Source: a virus. From it: a stretch of 44,112 nt of DNA. Where the stretch lies: the IMG/VR virus record IMGVR_UViG_3300045988_167653, positions 1 through 44,112 of that record. One strand, 5' to 3'. The notes under the pieces were generated by a model. The model did no database searches, was not told the DNA's origin, and saw only the letters and a list, made by a program, of their open reading frames with translations. A program made the translations under genes and the position numbers. Every line of letters begins with the position of its first letter. Position 1 is the first letter of the stretch. This document shows, one piece after another, positions 3,928-12,528 of the stretch.

Positions 3928-5775
3928 ATGAGCGTAGATAATTATGCAAATACAATAAACATTTGTAATAAAGAACTTAATAAGCGACTTAACAAAAAAG
4001 CGTTGTGGGACGATGATGAAACCGTTTCACAACTTTTTGATATTCTTTACACTGCCTATTGGCAACAAATTCATAAAGTTTTAGTGCCACAAGAGAATAA
4101 AACGGCGGAAGCGGAAATCCGCTCCCATATTAGGTGCATTATTTCTAATCACCTATTGCCTTTATATGCCAAAGTGGAAAAATTGAGCAAGATTGCGAAA
4201 AAATCACCCGAAAATACAAAGTTATTGAATAAGTATATGGAACTTTATGATAACTTTTATGCGCTCGCGGCGTTTCGCTCGCTTAAACACTTTGCCCTTT
4301 ATATGGAATTTGATACCGACCCGAAAGATAGGGTGTGGGAAAATGTAATGCCTTGCTTTGAGGGACTTTACTTCTATATAAACAAAATGGTGCTTGACGG
4401 CTCTATAAAACATATATGTAAACAATATCCGACGGGGTTTGGAAAGTCCTTTTCGGACATTGAAGCCATATCTTTTATATTTGGTATAAACCCTATAAAC
4501 AATGATATAATGAAAGTGGTGGGCAACCCCACGCTTGTGTCGGACGTTATGACGGGCATTGTCAATACAATGAGCAGTGCGAGATATGCCAAAGTGTTCC
4601 CGTATTATGCACAATTTAACGGCAAGGAAGAGATTTTTTCCATTTGTAGAGTAAGTCAGGGCAATCAGGGCATTTTAGTAATAAACGGCTCTAAACGCCC
4701 CAAATCATTCCTTTGTTGCGGAAAAGAAACCGCTATTGACGGCGGTCGCTTTAAGTTTAGATTTTATGATGATATTTGTAGGTCAAAAGACAAGGAAAAT
4801 ATCAATGAACACGACAAAGATTGGGCGAGATATAACGATTGTTGGAAAAAGCGTGAGTACGACCAGTATAACTCTTTTGAAATTGCTGGTGGCACTGCCT
4901 ATTCAATTTATGACTTTTTGTCAAGATACAAGGAAAAGTTTGGCGCAAAAAAAGCCGTTCCCGATAATCGTTTTCGGTACACTTATGTGAACGAAAACAC
5001 TCGATTTGTTTCGGTTTCCTGCCCTAAACTTGATTTTGACACCGATGAAAGCACTTATCCCGCAAAATACTCAACGGCGGAAGCAAGGGAAGAGCGCAAT
5101 AGAGATATGCGTACTTTTATGGCAATGGAACAACAATCGCCATTACCGCCAGAGGGAACGCCCTATTATTGGGATAATTTAAGATTATATACGGATTTGC
5201 CCGCAAAAGAGTGCAACGGCGGCACGAGAAGTGATTTTTCGTGGGCGGCACTTGACTTGCCGAGAAAAGGAAACAACTATGCCGCACTTGGCATTTTCTA
5301 TCGGGATAACAAGAGTAAGGACTTTTTTTTCACCGATTGCGTTTATGAAAAGAAACCGCTTGACGGGAAAATCGCCGATAAAGAGTTGTTGGACTATATT
5401 TGTGAAAAAATGGTTTTCCACAAGACAACTAACCTTGTCGTAGAAACAAACACGAACTCAATGATAGTAAGTGAGATAAGGAAAAGGCTTGCCGCGCTTG
5501 GGTGGTCGTGCAATATAATACCGCAATACTCTTATGAGAATAAAGAAGTAAGGATATTTAATACTCAAAGTGCGATTTTGGAGCGTATCCGTTTCCCCGA
5601 CCGCAAAATGTTCCCCGAAAGTTCAAATATGGGGCAACTTATGCGCCACGTTGTTTGCTATGCTTATGACGGCAAAAACGACGACGGAATTGATATGATT
5701 TCGATGTTTGCAAAGGCGTTTGTAAACAATGGCGTGAAAATGGGAGCGATTGAGGTGCTTGAAACTCGCCGATAA
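3928..5775 (+). CDS. terL: Terminase large subunit
   Basis: 615 aa from the ATG at 3928. Walker-A-like YPTGFGKS. Size and position directly upstream of portal fit. The track start at 3799 is a TTG inside the structured leader. No SD precedes 3928. Confidence 0.8.
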   Translation: MSVDNYANTINICNKELNKRLNKKALWDDDETVSQLFDILYTAYWQQIHKVLVPQENKTAEAEIRSHIRCIISNHLLPLYAKVEKLSKIAKKSPENTKLLNKYMELYDNFYALAAFRSLKHFALYMEFDTDPKDRVWENVMPCFEGLYFYINKMVLDGSIKHICKQYPTGFGKSFSDIEAISFIFGINPINNDIMKVVGNPTLVSDVMTGIVNTMSSARYAKVFPYYAQFNGKEEIFSICRVSQGNQGILVINGSKRPKSFLCCGKETAIDGGRFKFRFYDDICRSKDKENINEHDKDWARYNDCWKKREYDQYNSFEIAGGTAYSIYDFLSRYKEKFGAKKAVPDNRFRYTYVNENTRFVSVSCPKLDFDTDESTYPAKYSTAEAREERNRDMRTFMAMEQQSPLPPEGTPYYWDNLRLYTDLPAKECNGGTRSDFSWAALDLPRKGNNYAALGIFYRDNKSKDFFFTDCVYEKKPLDGKIADKELLDYICEKMVFHKTTNLVVETNTNSMIVSEIRKRLAALGWSCNIIPQYSYENKEVRIFNTQSAILERIRFPDRKMFPESSNMGQLMRHVVCYAYDGKNDDGIDMISMFAKAFVNNGVKMGAIEVLETRR

Positions 5776-5801
5776 ATATTACTTTTTTTATTAAAAATAT
5801 G

Positions 5802-5830
5802 TTGACAAATATAAAAAAGGTTTGATAATA
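5802..5830 (+). promoter_or_regulatory. Promoter-like element between terL and portal
   Basis: TTGACA 5802-5807, 17 nt, then TG-ATAATA (5823-5830). The context is AT-rich, so a chance match is possible. Confidence 0.4.
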
Positions 5831-5852
5831 TAAAAATAAGGACACTGCGATT

Positions 5853-6026
5853 ATGGAGAAGTATGTAATTTGCCCTTGCTGCAAACGGGCTGATAAGCCG
5901 CTTGATATTGAAGTTCCCGACGGATTTGAGGTGGACTTTGATATGCGGCACTACACACATAAAACTTTTTGTGATAATTGCCGTAGAGTAATTAAATATA
6001 GTTTTAAGCAAAAACAAAATAACTGA
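5853..6026 (+). CDS. Zinc-ribbon-like small protein, 57 aa
   Basis: Hand translation: MEKYVICPCCKRADKPLDIEVPDGFEVDFDMRHYTHKTFCDNCRRVIKYSFKQKQNN, with CPCC...CDNC. TGA 6024-6026. Confidence 0.5.
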   Translation: MEKYVICPCCKRADKPLDIEVPDGFEVDFDMRHYTHKTFCDNCRRVIKYSFKQKQNN

Positions 6027-6074
6027 TTTCATTTGCGCAGACAGTGGTTTGCGCTATTTCTATTGAGGTATAAC

Positions 6075-7676
6075 GTGCTATTCGATTACGGCGGTATTAA
6101 AAAAATTAAAATCCCCTTTACCAAAGAGGAGTTTTCTGCGTTTACAATAACAGAACTCATTTCGGTATATACGAAATATATGCCGTTTTGTTTGCAAGTT
6201 CATAATCTTAACGTTATCAAAGAAGAATACTTGTATAACTATTTTGTTGGCAAGCAGGATATCCGTGCCAAAAAAAGGGCGTTTCTTGGCGACGACGCAA
6301 CCGATACCGACGCAAATCAGCGTGTTGTTGAAAACCACGCAAATGCACAAGTAACCTTTAAGGTTGACTTTTTAATGGGCGATGAAATGCAATTAACGCA
6401 CAAATCGGACGTTGAGAGCGACGACCTTACCTACCTTGACAATTTCCTTGAAGATAGCGGATTTTTCACTTCTTTCCGTGAAACCAAAAAGATGATGTAT
6501 GCGGTGGGCATTGGCACGACTTATTGTGTTCCCCGCACCGATATTATCGAATATGACGAAAACAATAGAGCGAGATATAGTAAAGAGTACGATAAAGACA
6601 CTATGTCGCCGTTCATTTGTGAAGATGTTGACCCCCGCTATAACTTTGTTGTATATTCTAACTATTATGGCGAAGAACCGCTGTTTTGCGTGAGCGTTAT
6701 CGTTGACGACGCAAATGACAAGTGCGTGTTCCTTATTAACAATGGTAGGTTTACACTTAAATGCGAGGGGTCTTATCTTGGCGCAACTTCCGTGCCTTTT
6801 AGCGGTGATTATTCCATTTCGGAAATCACTAAAAACGCTTTTACTAAACTTCCTATCATTGAACACGCTCGTAATAAAGAGCGTATGGGTATTATTGAAA
6901 CCAACAAGGACTTGCTTGATGTAATCAACCTTATCGTTTCAAATAGTGCCGACGCAATCATTGACACCGTAAACAATATCCTTGTCTTTGAGAATGTGGA
7001 AGTTGACGAGGAAACCGTACAGGCAATGCGTCGTGGTGGCACGATTAAAGTAAAATCTTCGGGCGACCCGAATATGCCGAGCAAGGTTTACACTCTTGAA
7101 GTAAAGATGAACCACTCGGACGTCAATGTATTTTATGAGCAAAGAGTAACCAAAGCGTATGATATAGCGGGCGTGCCTATTGCAAGCGGTGTTACAACCA
7201 CGGGCGGTCAAACGGGCAAGGCAAGACTTCTCGGCGGCGGCTGGGAAAATGCTTATACAAAAATCAAGGGCGATATTATCGGTATGAAAAAAAGCGACTA
7301 TGCTTTGCTGAAACTTATCCTTGATATTTGCCGTACTGTCCCCGACACCAAAGTTGATGAACTTTCGGCAAGCCAAATTGAAATCAAATACAACATCAAC
7401 CCGAATGACGATATTTTGTCCAAAGCGCAAGCGGCGAACAACTTGTACAACATTGGTATGCCGCCCGAAATGATTTTGACCGATACAGGCTTGTCAATGG
7501 ACGCGCACACTGACGGCTTTAAGTGGCAACAATATATCGACCAAAAAGAACAAAAGGAAGCGGAAAAGGCGAAACAAGCACTTGCCGCAACCCAAAAAAT
7601 CGTTGGAAACGGCGACAATAACGACGGACAAAACGATTACAATAAAAACAAAGCGGTTGCAAAGCCGAAAGGCTAA
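6075..7676 (+). CDS. Portal protein
   Basis: About 533 aa ORF directly after terL, with an acidic/Lys-rich C-terminus. GTG 6075 is preferred because GAGG lies 6 nt upstream. The track start is TTG 6033. Confidence 0.7.
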   Translation: MLFDYGGIKKIKIPFTKEEFSAFTITELISVYTKYMPFCLQVHNLNVIKEEYLYNYFVGKQDIRAKKRAFLGDDATDTDANQRVVENHANAQVTFKVDFLMGDEMQLTHKSDVESDDLTYLDNFLEDSGFFTSFRETKKMMYAVGIGTTYCVPRTDIIEYDENNRARYSKEYDKDTMSPFICEDVDPRYNFVVYSNYYGEEPLFCVSVIVDDANDKCVFLINNGRFTLKCEGSYLGATSVPFSGDYSISEITKNAFTKLPIIEHARNKERMGIIETNKDLLDVINLIVSNSADAIIDTVNNILVFENVEVDEETVQAMRRGGTIKVKSSGDPNMPSKVYTLEVKMNHSDVNVFYEQRVTKAYDIAGVPIASGVTTTGGQTGKARLLGGGWENAYTKIKGDIIGMKKSDYALLKLILDICRTVPDTKVDELSASQIEIKYNINPNDDILSKAQAANNLYNIGMPPEMILTDTGLSMDAHTDGFKWQQYIDQKEQKEAEKAKQALAATQKIVGNGDNNDGQNDYNKNKAVAKPKG

Positions 7677-7777
7677 CACATATATAAATTTCTCGACCTT
7701 GCAGAGATATAAATACAAGGCGGTCTATGCGGAGAGCCACTTCGCGTTTACAAATCAAGGCTGACCGACGGAGCATT

Positions 7778-8335
7778 ATGGAACTCAAAGATTTACTCGG
7801 CGAAAATTACAAAGACGGTATGACGATTGAAGAAATCAATACCGCACTCGCAAACAAAAAGTTTGTTGACCTTTCGGGCGGCGGATATGTTTCCATTGAT
7901 AAGTTCAAAGCAACGGAAAAAGTCGCTACCGACGCAAAAGCGGAACTCGAAAAAATAAGGCAAGCGTCTATGTCGGAAGAAGAAAAACGACAAGAAGAAT
8001 GGAACGCTTTGCAAGCGCAGTTGGATATTCTTACCAAAGAAAACCAAAAGAACGCATTTGAGAAGAAACTTTTAGCAAACGGCTATGACGCCGAGGAAAC
8101 ACAACAAATTATGGCGAACCCTGACGACCCTGCGATATATGCACAAATTATGAAAGCCCGCATTGAAAAAACAGTCGCACAAAATAATGCGGAGAACTTG
8201 AAAAATAGCGTGAAATTGCCGCAAGCAAGTCCCGACGGGAAACCTAAAAAACTTACCGATTACTCTATGAGAGAACTTAACGAACTTCGTGATAGTAATC
8301 CCGCACTGTATCGGCAAATCTTAAACCAAAAATAA
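7778..8335 (+). CDS. Scaffolding protein
   Basis: 185 aa, charged and coiled-coil-like (E/K/Q-rich), located between portal and capsid genes. ATG 7778 has GGAG upstream. Confidence 0.65.
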   Translation: MELKDLLGENYKDGMTIEEINTALANKKFVDLSGGGYVSIDKFKATEKVATDAKAELEKIRQASMSEEEKRQEEWNALQAQLDILTKENQKNAFEKKLLANGYDAEETQQIMANPDDPAIYAQIMKARIEKTVAQNNAENLKNSVKLPQASPDGKPKKLTDYSMRELNELRDSNPALYRQILNQK

Positions 8336-8354
8336 TTATTAGGAGAAAACTAAA

Positions 8355-9506
8355 ATGGCAGTTTTTGATAGCAAAATTTTTAACGGTGAAGTATTTGAAA
8401 GATATACGCAGACCGTATCCGACCTGCGTAGGAATGAACTTCTTAAAGCAGGTGTTTTCGTAAACGTTTCGGGCGATATGAGAGCAAGATGTTCCGAACA
8501 AGTTGGCTCGCACATCGTTACCGAACCTATTAAAGGCGCACTCGGCGGTAGCCCCGTAAACTATGACGGCGCAACCGACATCGACGCAAGTTCTCGCTCG
8601 ACCATTTCGCAAAAGAAAGTCATCATCGGTCGTGCAAACGCTTGGAGCGAACTCGACTTTTCGTCCGATATTACGGGCGGCGAAAACTTTTTGCCCCTTG
8701 CAAACGAAGTTGCCCACTATTGGGATAACGTTGACCAAAACACGCTCCTTGCTGAACTCGCGGGCATTTTCGCTATGAGCGACGCGGACGGCAAGAAATT
8801 CGTTGCGGCACACTCGTACGATATTTCGGGTACAACCGACAACAAAGTTGGCGTAACCACGCTCAACACGGCAATTCAGCGTGCGGGCGGCGACAACAAA
8901 AACGCTTTCACCGTTGCAATTATGCACAGTGCGGTCGCCACGAGCCTTGAAAACCAAAACCTTTTGGAATACCTGAAATACACCGACGCAAACGGAGTAC
9001 AGCGCGACCTTTCTCTTGCAACTTGGAACGGCAGAGTTGTCCTTGTTGATGATAATATGCCCGTTGCACCTATTTATACCGCTTCTACCGACACGACCGT
9101 TCAGGCGGGTAAAGTGTACTTCACCAAAGACAGCAGCGGCAACTACACCGTTGTTTCTGCACCCACGGGCAATCCCTCGACTTCGGGCTATTACGAACTT
9201 ACGGGCGCAACCTACACCACTTACATTCTCGGTCGCGGCGCGTTCGAGTATGCCGATGTTGGCGTTGAAGTTCCCTATGAAATGGACAGAGACCCCAAAA
9301 CCAAAGGCGGCAAAACTTTCCTTTACAGCAGACAGCGCAAAATGTTTGCACCGCGCGGCATTTCGTTCACGAAAGACGGCGGCACTTCCCCGACGGACGC
9401 GGATTTGCAAGGTGGCGCGAACTGGGCTATCGCAAAATCGGCTGACGGCACGGTTACTTACCCCCACAGAGCAATTCCTATCGCTCGTATCATTAGCCGC
9501 GGCTAA
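8355..9506 (+). CDS. Major capsid protein
   Basis: 383 aa following the scaffold gene, with a strong SD (AGGAGA). Call is based on size and position. Confidence 0.75.
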   Translation: MAVFDSKIFNGEVFERYTQTVSDLRRNELLKAGVFVNVSGDMRARCSEQVGSHIVTEPIKGALGGSPVNYDGATDIDASSRSTISQKKVIIGRANAWSELDFSSDITGGENFLPLANEVAHYWDNVDQNTLLAELAGIFAMSDADGKKFVAAHSYDISGTTDNKVGVTTLNTAIQRAGGDNKNAFTVAIMHSAVATSLENQNLLEYLKYTDANGVQRDLSLATWNGRVVLVDDNMPVAPIYTASTDTTVQAGKVYFTKDSSGNYTVVSAPTGNPSTSGYYELTGATYTTYILGRGAFEYADVGVEVPYEMDRDPKTKGGKTFLYSRQRKMFAPRGISFTKDGGTSPTDADLQGGANWAIAKSADGTVTYPHRAIPIARIISRG

Positions 9507-9537
9507 TTACTAACAATGAGATTTTAGGAGATAAGAT

Positions 9538-9873
9538 ATGGCAGATATAAATTCACTGGTTGACAATATGAAAGACGAGTTCCAAAACGAACACGATTAT
9601 TTGTCGGAAGATGAAGTCGATAGGCTTTACAATAAAGCACTTGGCATTTATCTTGACATATCTTTCCCCTATGCTCACGAAATCGTGGCAATCCCCGAAA
9701 CTCGTCCCCGTGCGGTCGGCTGGGTGAGAGATTGTATGCAAGAAATCCTTGAAAGGAATGGCGTAAATGCTCGCTCTTACAGCGAAAACGGGCTTTCCAT
9801 TGTTTATGACGCAACTATGATAAGCAATGGTTTAAGGGCAAGGCTTGTCCCATTGGCAGGTGAAGTCAAATGA
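9538..9873 (+). CDS. Head-tail connector (gp6-like) protein, putative
   Basis: 111 aa, first gene after the capsid gene. ATGA overlap with the next gene. Positional call. Confidence 0.5.
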   Translation: MADINSLVDNMKDEFQNEHDYLSEDEVDRLYNKALGIYLDISFPYAHEIVAIPETRPRAVGWVRDCMQEILERNGVNARSYSENGLSIVYDATMISNGLRARLVPLAGEVK

Positions 9874-10247
9874 GATTAGGTAGTTATGTTTGGTGGTGTC
9901 GATATAATGGCGTGAACGAATACGGCTCGCCGTCATATCTTGCACCTATTAAGATAAAAACTTCTTTCAATTACTTTACTTGTCAGCCTATTACCGAGTA
10001 TAATGATATTAAAGTGTTTGGTGAAGATAGTTCTTCCACTTGGAAAGTGATGATACCCGTGGGGATATATGAAAGCAAATTTCCGATTGGCGAAAAAGAC
10101 CTTTTCTATGTGGACGGGGCAATGCCGAACACCAAATCAAAAGACTATGTAAGTGGCGACGGGGCAAATGCCTTTGTTAGCCGCCCACCTACCGTCGTCA
10201 ATAAATTCACAAGAGTTTATTTGTCGGCAAGAACGGAAGAAAAATGA
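9870..10247 (+). CDS. Head closure / head-tail adaptor protein, putative
   Basis: 125 aa, translationally coupled on both sides by ATGA overlaps. Positional call. Confidence 0.45.
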   Translation: MRLGSYVWWCRYNGVNEYGSPSYLAPIKIKTSFNYFTCQPITEYNDIKVFGEDSSSTWKVMIPVGIYESKFPIGEKDLFYVDGAMPNTKSKDYVSGDGANAFVSRPPTVVNKFTRVYLSARTEEK

Positions 10248-10786
10248 TAGACAAACGCGGGCTTCAAAGATTTACAAAAGCGGTACACTATTTGGCAGAT
10301 GACAATGAAGAATATCGCCGAGTGATTGGCGGGGCATTAGCGGACGCGGGACGAAACGTCGCCGATGACGAGTTCCACAAATATCATCTTGAAAACGGTC
10401 AAAAGGTATGGGACACCCCGTATGCGGGGGACTTCACAATTATAGTTGGCTCGCACGAAAGATATACGGGGCGCAACGAAATTACCGCAACAGGCAAGGG
10501 CGTTTACTATGCCGAATTTGGCACGGGCATACTTGGCGAGTTAGGCGATTACAAAGGGAAACTTCCCACCGAAAACCGCACTTTTATCAGCCACGGACAA
10601 ATCCTTTCAACCGACGGCTGGGTGTATAACTATTATCAAAAGTTATATGACAGAGAAGCCGAGCCGTGGAATGGCTTTGCTCCGATTGCAGGGCTTTACA
10701 AGGCTGGCGACTATTTGCGGAAAAATTGTGTTAAAATAGCAAAAGACGCTCTTCGTGGTGTCGGCAAAAGACGCTTTATGCGTTAA
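10244..10786 (+). CDS. Neck / tail-completion protein, putative
   Basis: 180 aa within the connector gene run. Positional call. Confidence 0.4.
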   Translation: MIDKRGLQRFTKAVHYLADDNEEYRRVIGGALADAGRNVADDEFHKYHLENGQKVWDTPYAGDFTIIVGSHERYTGRNEITATGKGVYYAEFGTGILGELGDYKGKLPTENRTFISHGQILSTDGWVYNYYQKLYDREAEPWNGFAPIAGLYKAGDYLRKNCVKIAKDALRGVGKRRFMR

Positions 10787-10795
10787 GGAGAACTT

Positions 10796-11269
10796 ATGGA
10801 CGAATTTCTTAAAGACTTAATTGAGTATATAAATAAAGGACTTCAAGCGGACGGCGGTTTCCCCGCCAAAATTAAAGTCGTTAGAGCATACTCGAAAGAA
10901 ACAAAGATTGAAAGCCCGCAAGTATCTCTTTATGTTATAAGCGATGACGATACGACACGCGCCTCGACCTTTAATGCGGAACACGCAACCGATTATCCCG
11001 TACAATTCTATTGCTATTGGAAAGACGGGATTAAGTATAAGGGAGTGCCTTACGGCGCACAACAAGGTGCGGAATTGCTTGGGAAAAAGGTTTCTAAACT
11101 CTTTGAAGATAAGGAAGCCACGATTGCATATAACAAAAATATAAGACTTGTAAACAAGGTTGGCGGTGCGCCTTTTGGTATGCCCGTGTCAAATGGCTCG
11201 GCGAACTATCAGACCGTGCCGCGCTTTGTTTTTACTGTTATCAAGCCATACTCGGCTATCAATGAGTAA
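10796..11269 (+). CDS. Tail terminator / tail-completion protein, putative
   Basis: 157 aa immediately upstream of the tail tube gene, with an AAGGAGA SD. Confidence 0.4.
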   Translation: MDEFLKDLIEYINKGLQADGGFPAKIKVVRAYSKETKIESPQVSLYVISDDDTTRASTFNAEHATDYPVQFYCYWKDGIKYKGVPYGAQQGAELLGKKVSKLFEDKEATIAYNKNIRLVNKVGGAPFGMPVSNGSANYQTVPRFVFTVIKPYSAINE

Positions 11270-11294
11270 ATAACTTTAAGGAGAATAAAAAACT

Positions 11295-11765
11295 ATGGGA
11301 ATTGCTTTGACCTCTATCGGTATTAAGATTTCCTATGCGACGGAAGTTACCAAAGGTACTCGTCCTGCTACGGGATATACGGTTTTGCCCGACTTAAAAT
11401 CTATCCCCGACTTTAACCCCCAGCCTAACACGGCTGACGCAACGACTTTTGACAATCTCGAATATACGAGTTATGTTAAGTTGCTTAAAGATATTGGCGG
11501 GGCTTTGGAGTTCAACGCGAACCTTACGCAAGATTTGTACGACGCGTGGTCGGTTATGGTTACGGCTCGTAACAATCTCACGGACGGCAAACAAATGTGG
11601 TATTGCGTGGATATTCCGAATTTCGACAAGTCGATTTTCTTCACGGGCGACCCGTCGGAAATGGGTATTCCGTCGGCGGAAGCCAACTCGCTTTTGGAAA
11701 CTTCGGTTTATATCGTTCCCACGAGCGAACCAGTTTTTGCAGACGACCCCACTTACGCCGCATAA
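11295..11765 (+). CDS. Major tail (tube) protein
   Basis: 156 aa directly upstream of the G/T chaperone pair and tape measure gene, with a strong SD. Confidence 0.6.
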   Translation: MGIALTSIGIKISYATEVTKGTRPATGYTVLPDLKSIPDFNPQPNTADATTFDNLEYTSYVKLLKDIGGALEFNANLTQDLYDAWSVMVTARNNLTDGKQMWYCVDIPNFDKSIFFTGDPSEMGIPSAEANSLLETSVYIVPTSEPVFADDPTYAA

Positions 11766-11788
11766 TCACTTGAAATGGAGAAATGTAA

Positions 11789-12097
11789 ATGAGTAAAACT
11801 TCCATTAAAATCACTATTAACAACAAAGAGTATTCCTATGACTTTGCAAAGTTCGGTTTTTATGCCCTTTGCACAGCGGAAAAGGAATACGGACTTAACC
11901 CCCTTGAACTTGAAAACAATCCTATGTCAACCATTCTTTCCTTGTTTGCCTTTGTAGCGGATATGGACGTTGACAAAGCGGGTGCGGAAATCGACGCTCA
12001 CCTTGCAAATGGTGGGTCGTTTGAAGATTTATTCCCCTTGCTTACGGGCTTTCAAGAGTGCAGTTTTTTTCAGTCAATGGGCAAGAGCAAGAAATAA
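11789..12097 (+). CDS. Tail assembly chaperone (gpG-like)
   Basis: 102 aa between the tube and tape measure genes. Contains the slippery T7 run near its 3' end. Confidence 0.7.
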   Translation: MSKTSIKITINNKEYSYDFAKFGFYALCTAEKEYGLNPLELENNPMSTILSLFAFVADMDVDKAGAEIDAHLANGGSFEDLFPLLTGFQECSFFQSMGKSKK

Positions 12098-12516
12098 TCG
12101 GGGATAACCCCACACAAACAAAAAACAAATCCGTGCGAGAGTATGGTAGTTTTTCATCTTGGATAGAGAATGAATTTTTACTGCCATACCTCAAAATCGG
12201 AGGCACTCGGCGAGAATTTTGGGAACTCACCCCACACGATATACAACTTGATTTTAAGGCATATCAAGAGCGTATGGAAGATGAGAGTAATAGAATGGTG
12301 CAAAGTGCGTGGGCAATCGGTCTTTATGTTAGAGCCGCACTTGCTTCCACTCCCGTAATTATGGGATATTCAAAGCACTCACCCCCGAAATACCCCGACT
12401 TGCCCCAAATTAAGAAAAACGACGAAAATTATACCGAGAAAGCAAAAGACGAAGCGTGGGTTGAAAAAGAACGCCAAAGAGCGTGGGACTTTTTTGCAAA
12501 TTTAGGTAAAAAATAA
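12058..12516 (+). CDS. Tail assembly chaperone -1 frame extension (gpT-like; expressed as a G-T fusion from 11789)
   Basis: Its frame is -1 relative to 11789-12097 and overlaps it. It has no SD of its own. This is the canonical arrangement upstream of a tape measure gene. Confidence 0.7.
   Translation: MQFFSVNGQEQEIIGDNPTQTKNKSVREYGSFSSWIENEFLLPYLKIGGTRREFWELTPHDIQLDFKAYQERMEDESNRMVQSAWAIGLYVRAALASTPVIMGYSKHSPPKYPDLPQIKKNDENYTEKAKDEAWVEKERQRAWDFFANLGKK
12064..12070 (+). promoter_or_regulatory. Programmed -1 ribosomal frameshift slippery heptamer T_TTT_TTT
   Basis: Zero-frame codons are AGT TTT TTT CAG. The -1 frame reads TTT TTT TCA and continues into ORF 12058-12516. Confidence 0.7.
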
Positions 12517-12528
12517 ATGAGGTGCTAA

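Noticed and set aside
8277-9467. 396-aa ORF antisense to the major capsid gene
   Set aside because: It is fully embedded antisense in a strong structural gene. It is Arg/Val/Cys/Asn-rich with low complexity and has no SD. Long antisense open frames are a common codon-bias artefact. The same reasoning applies to 19058-19808, 22530-23161, 24545-25105 and 32046-32774 on the minus strand.
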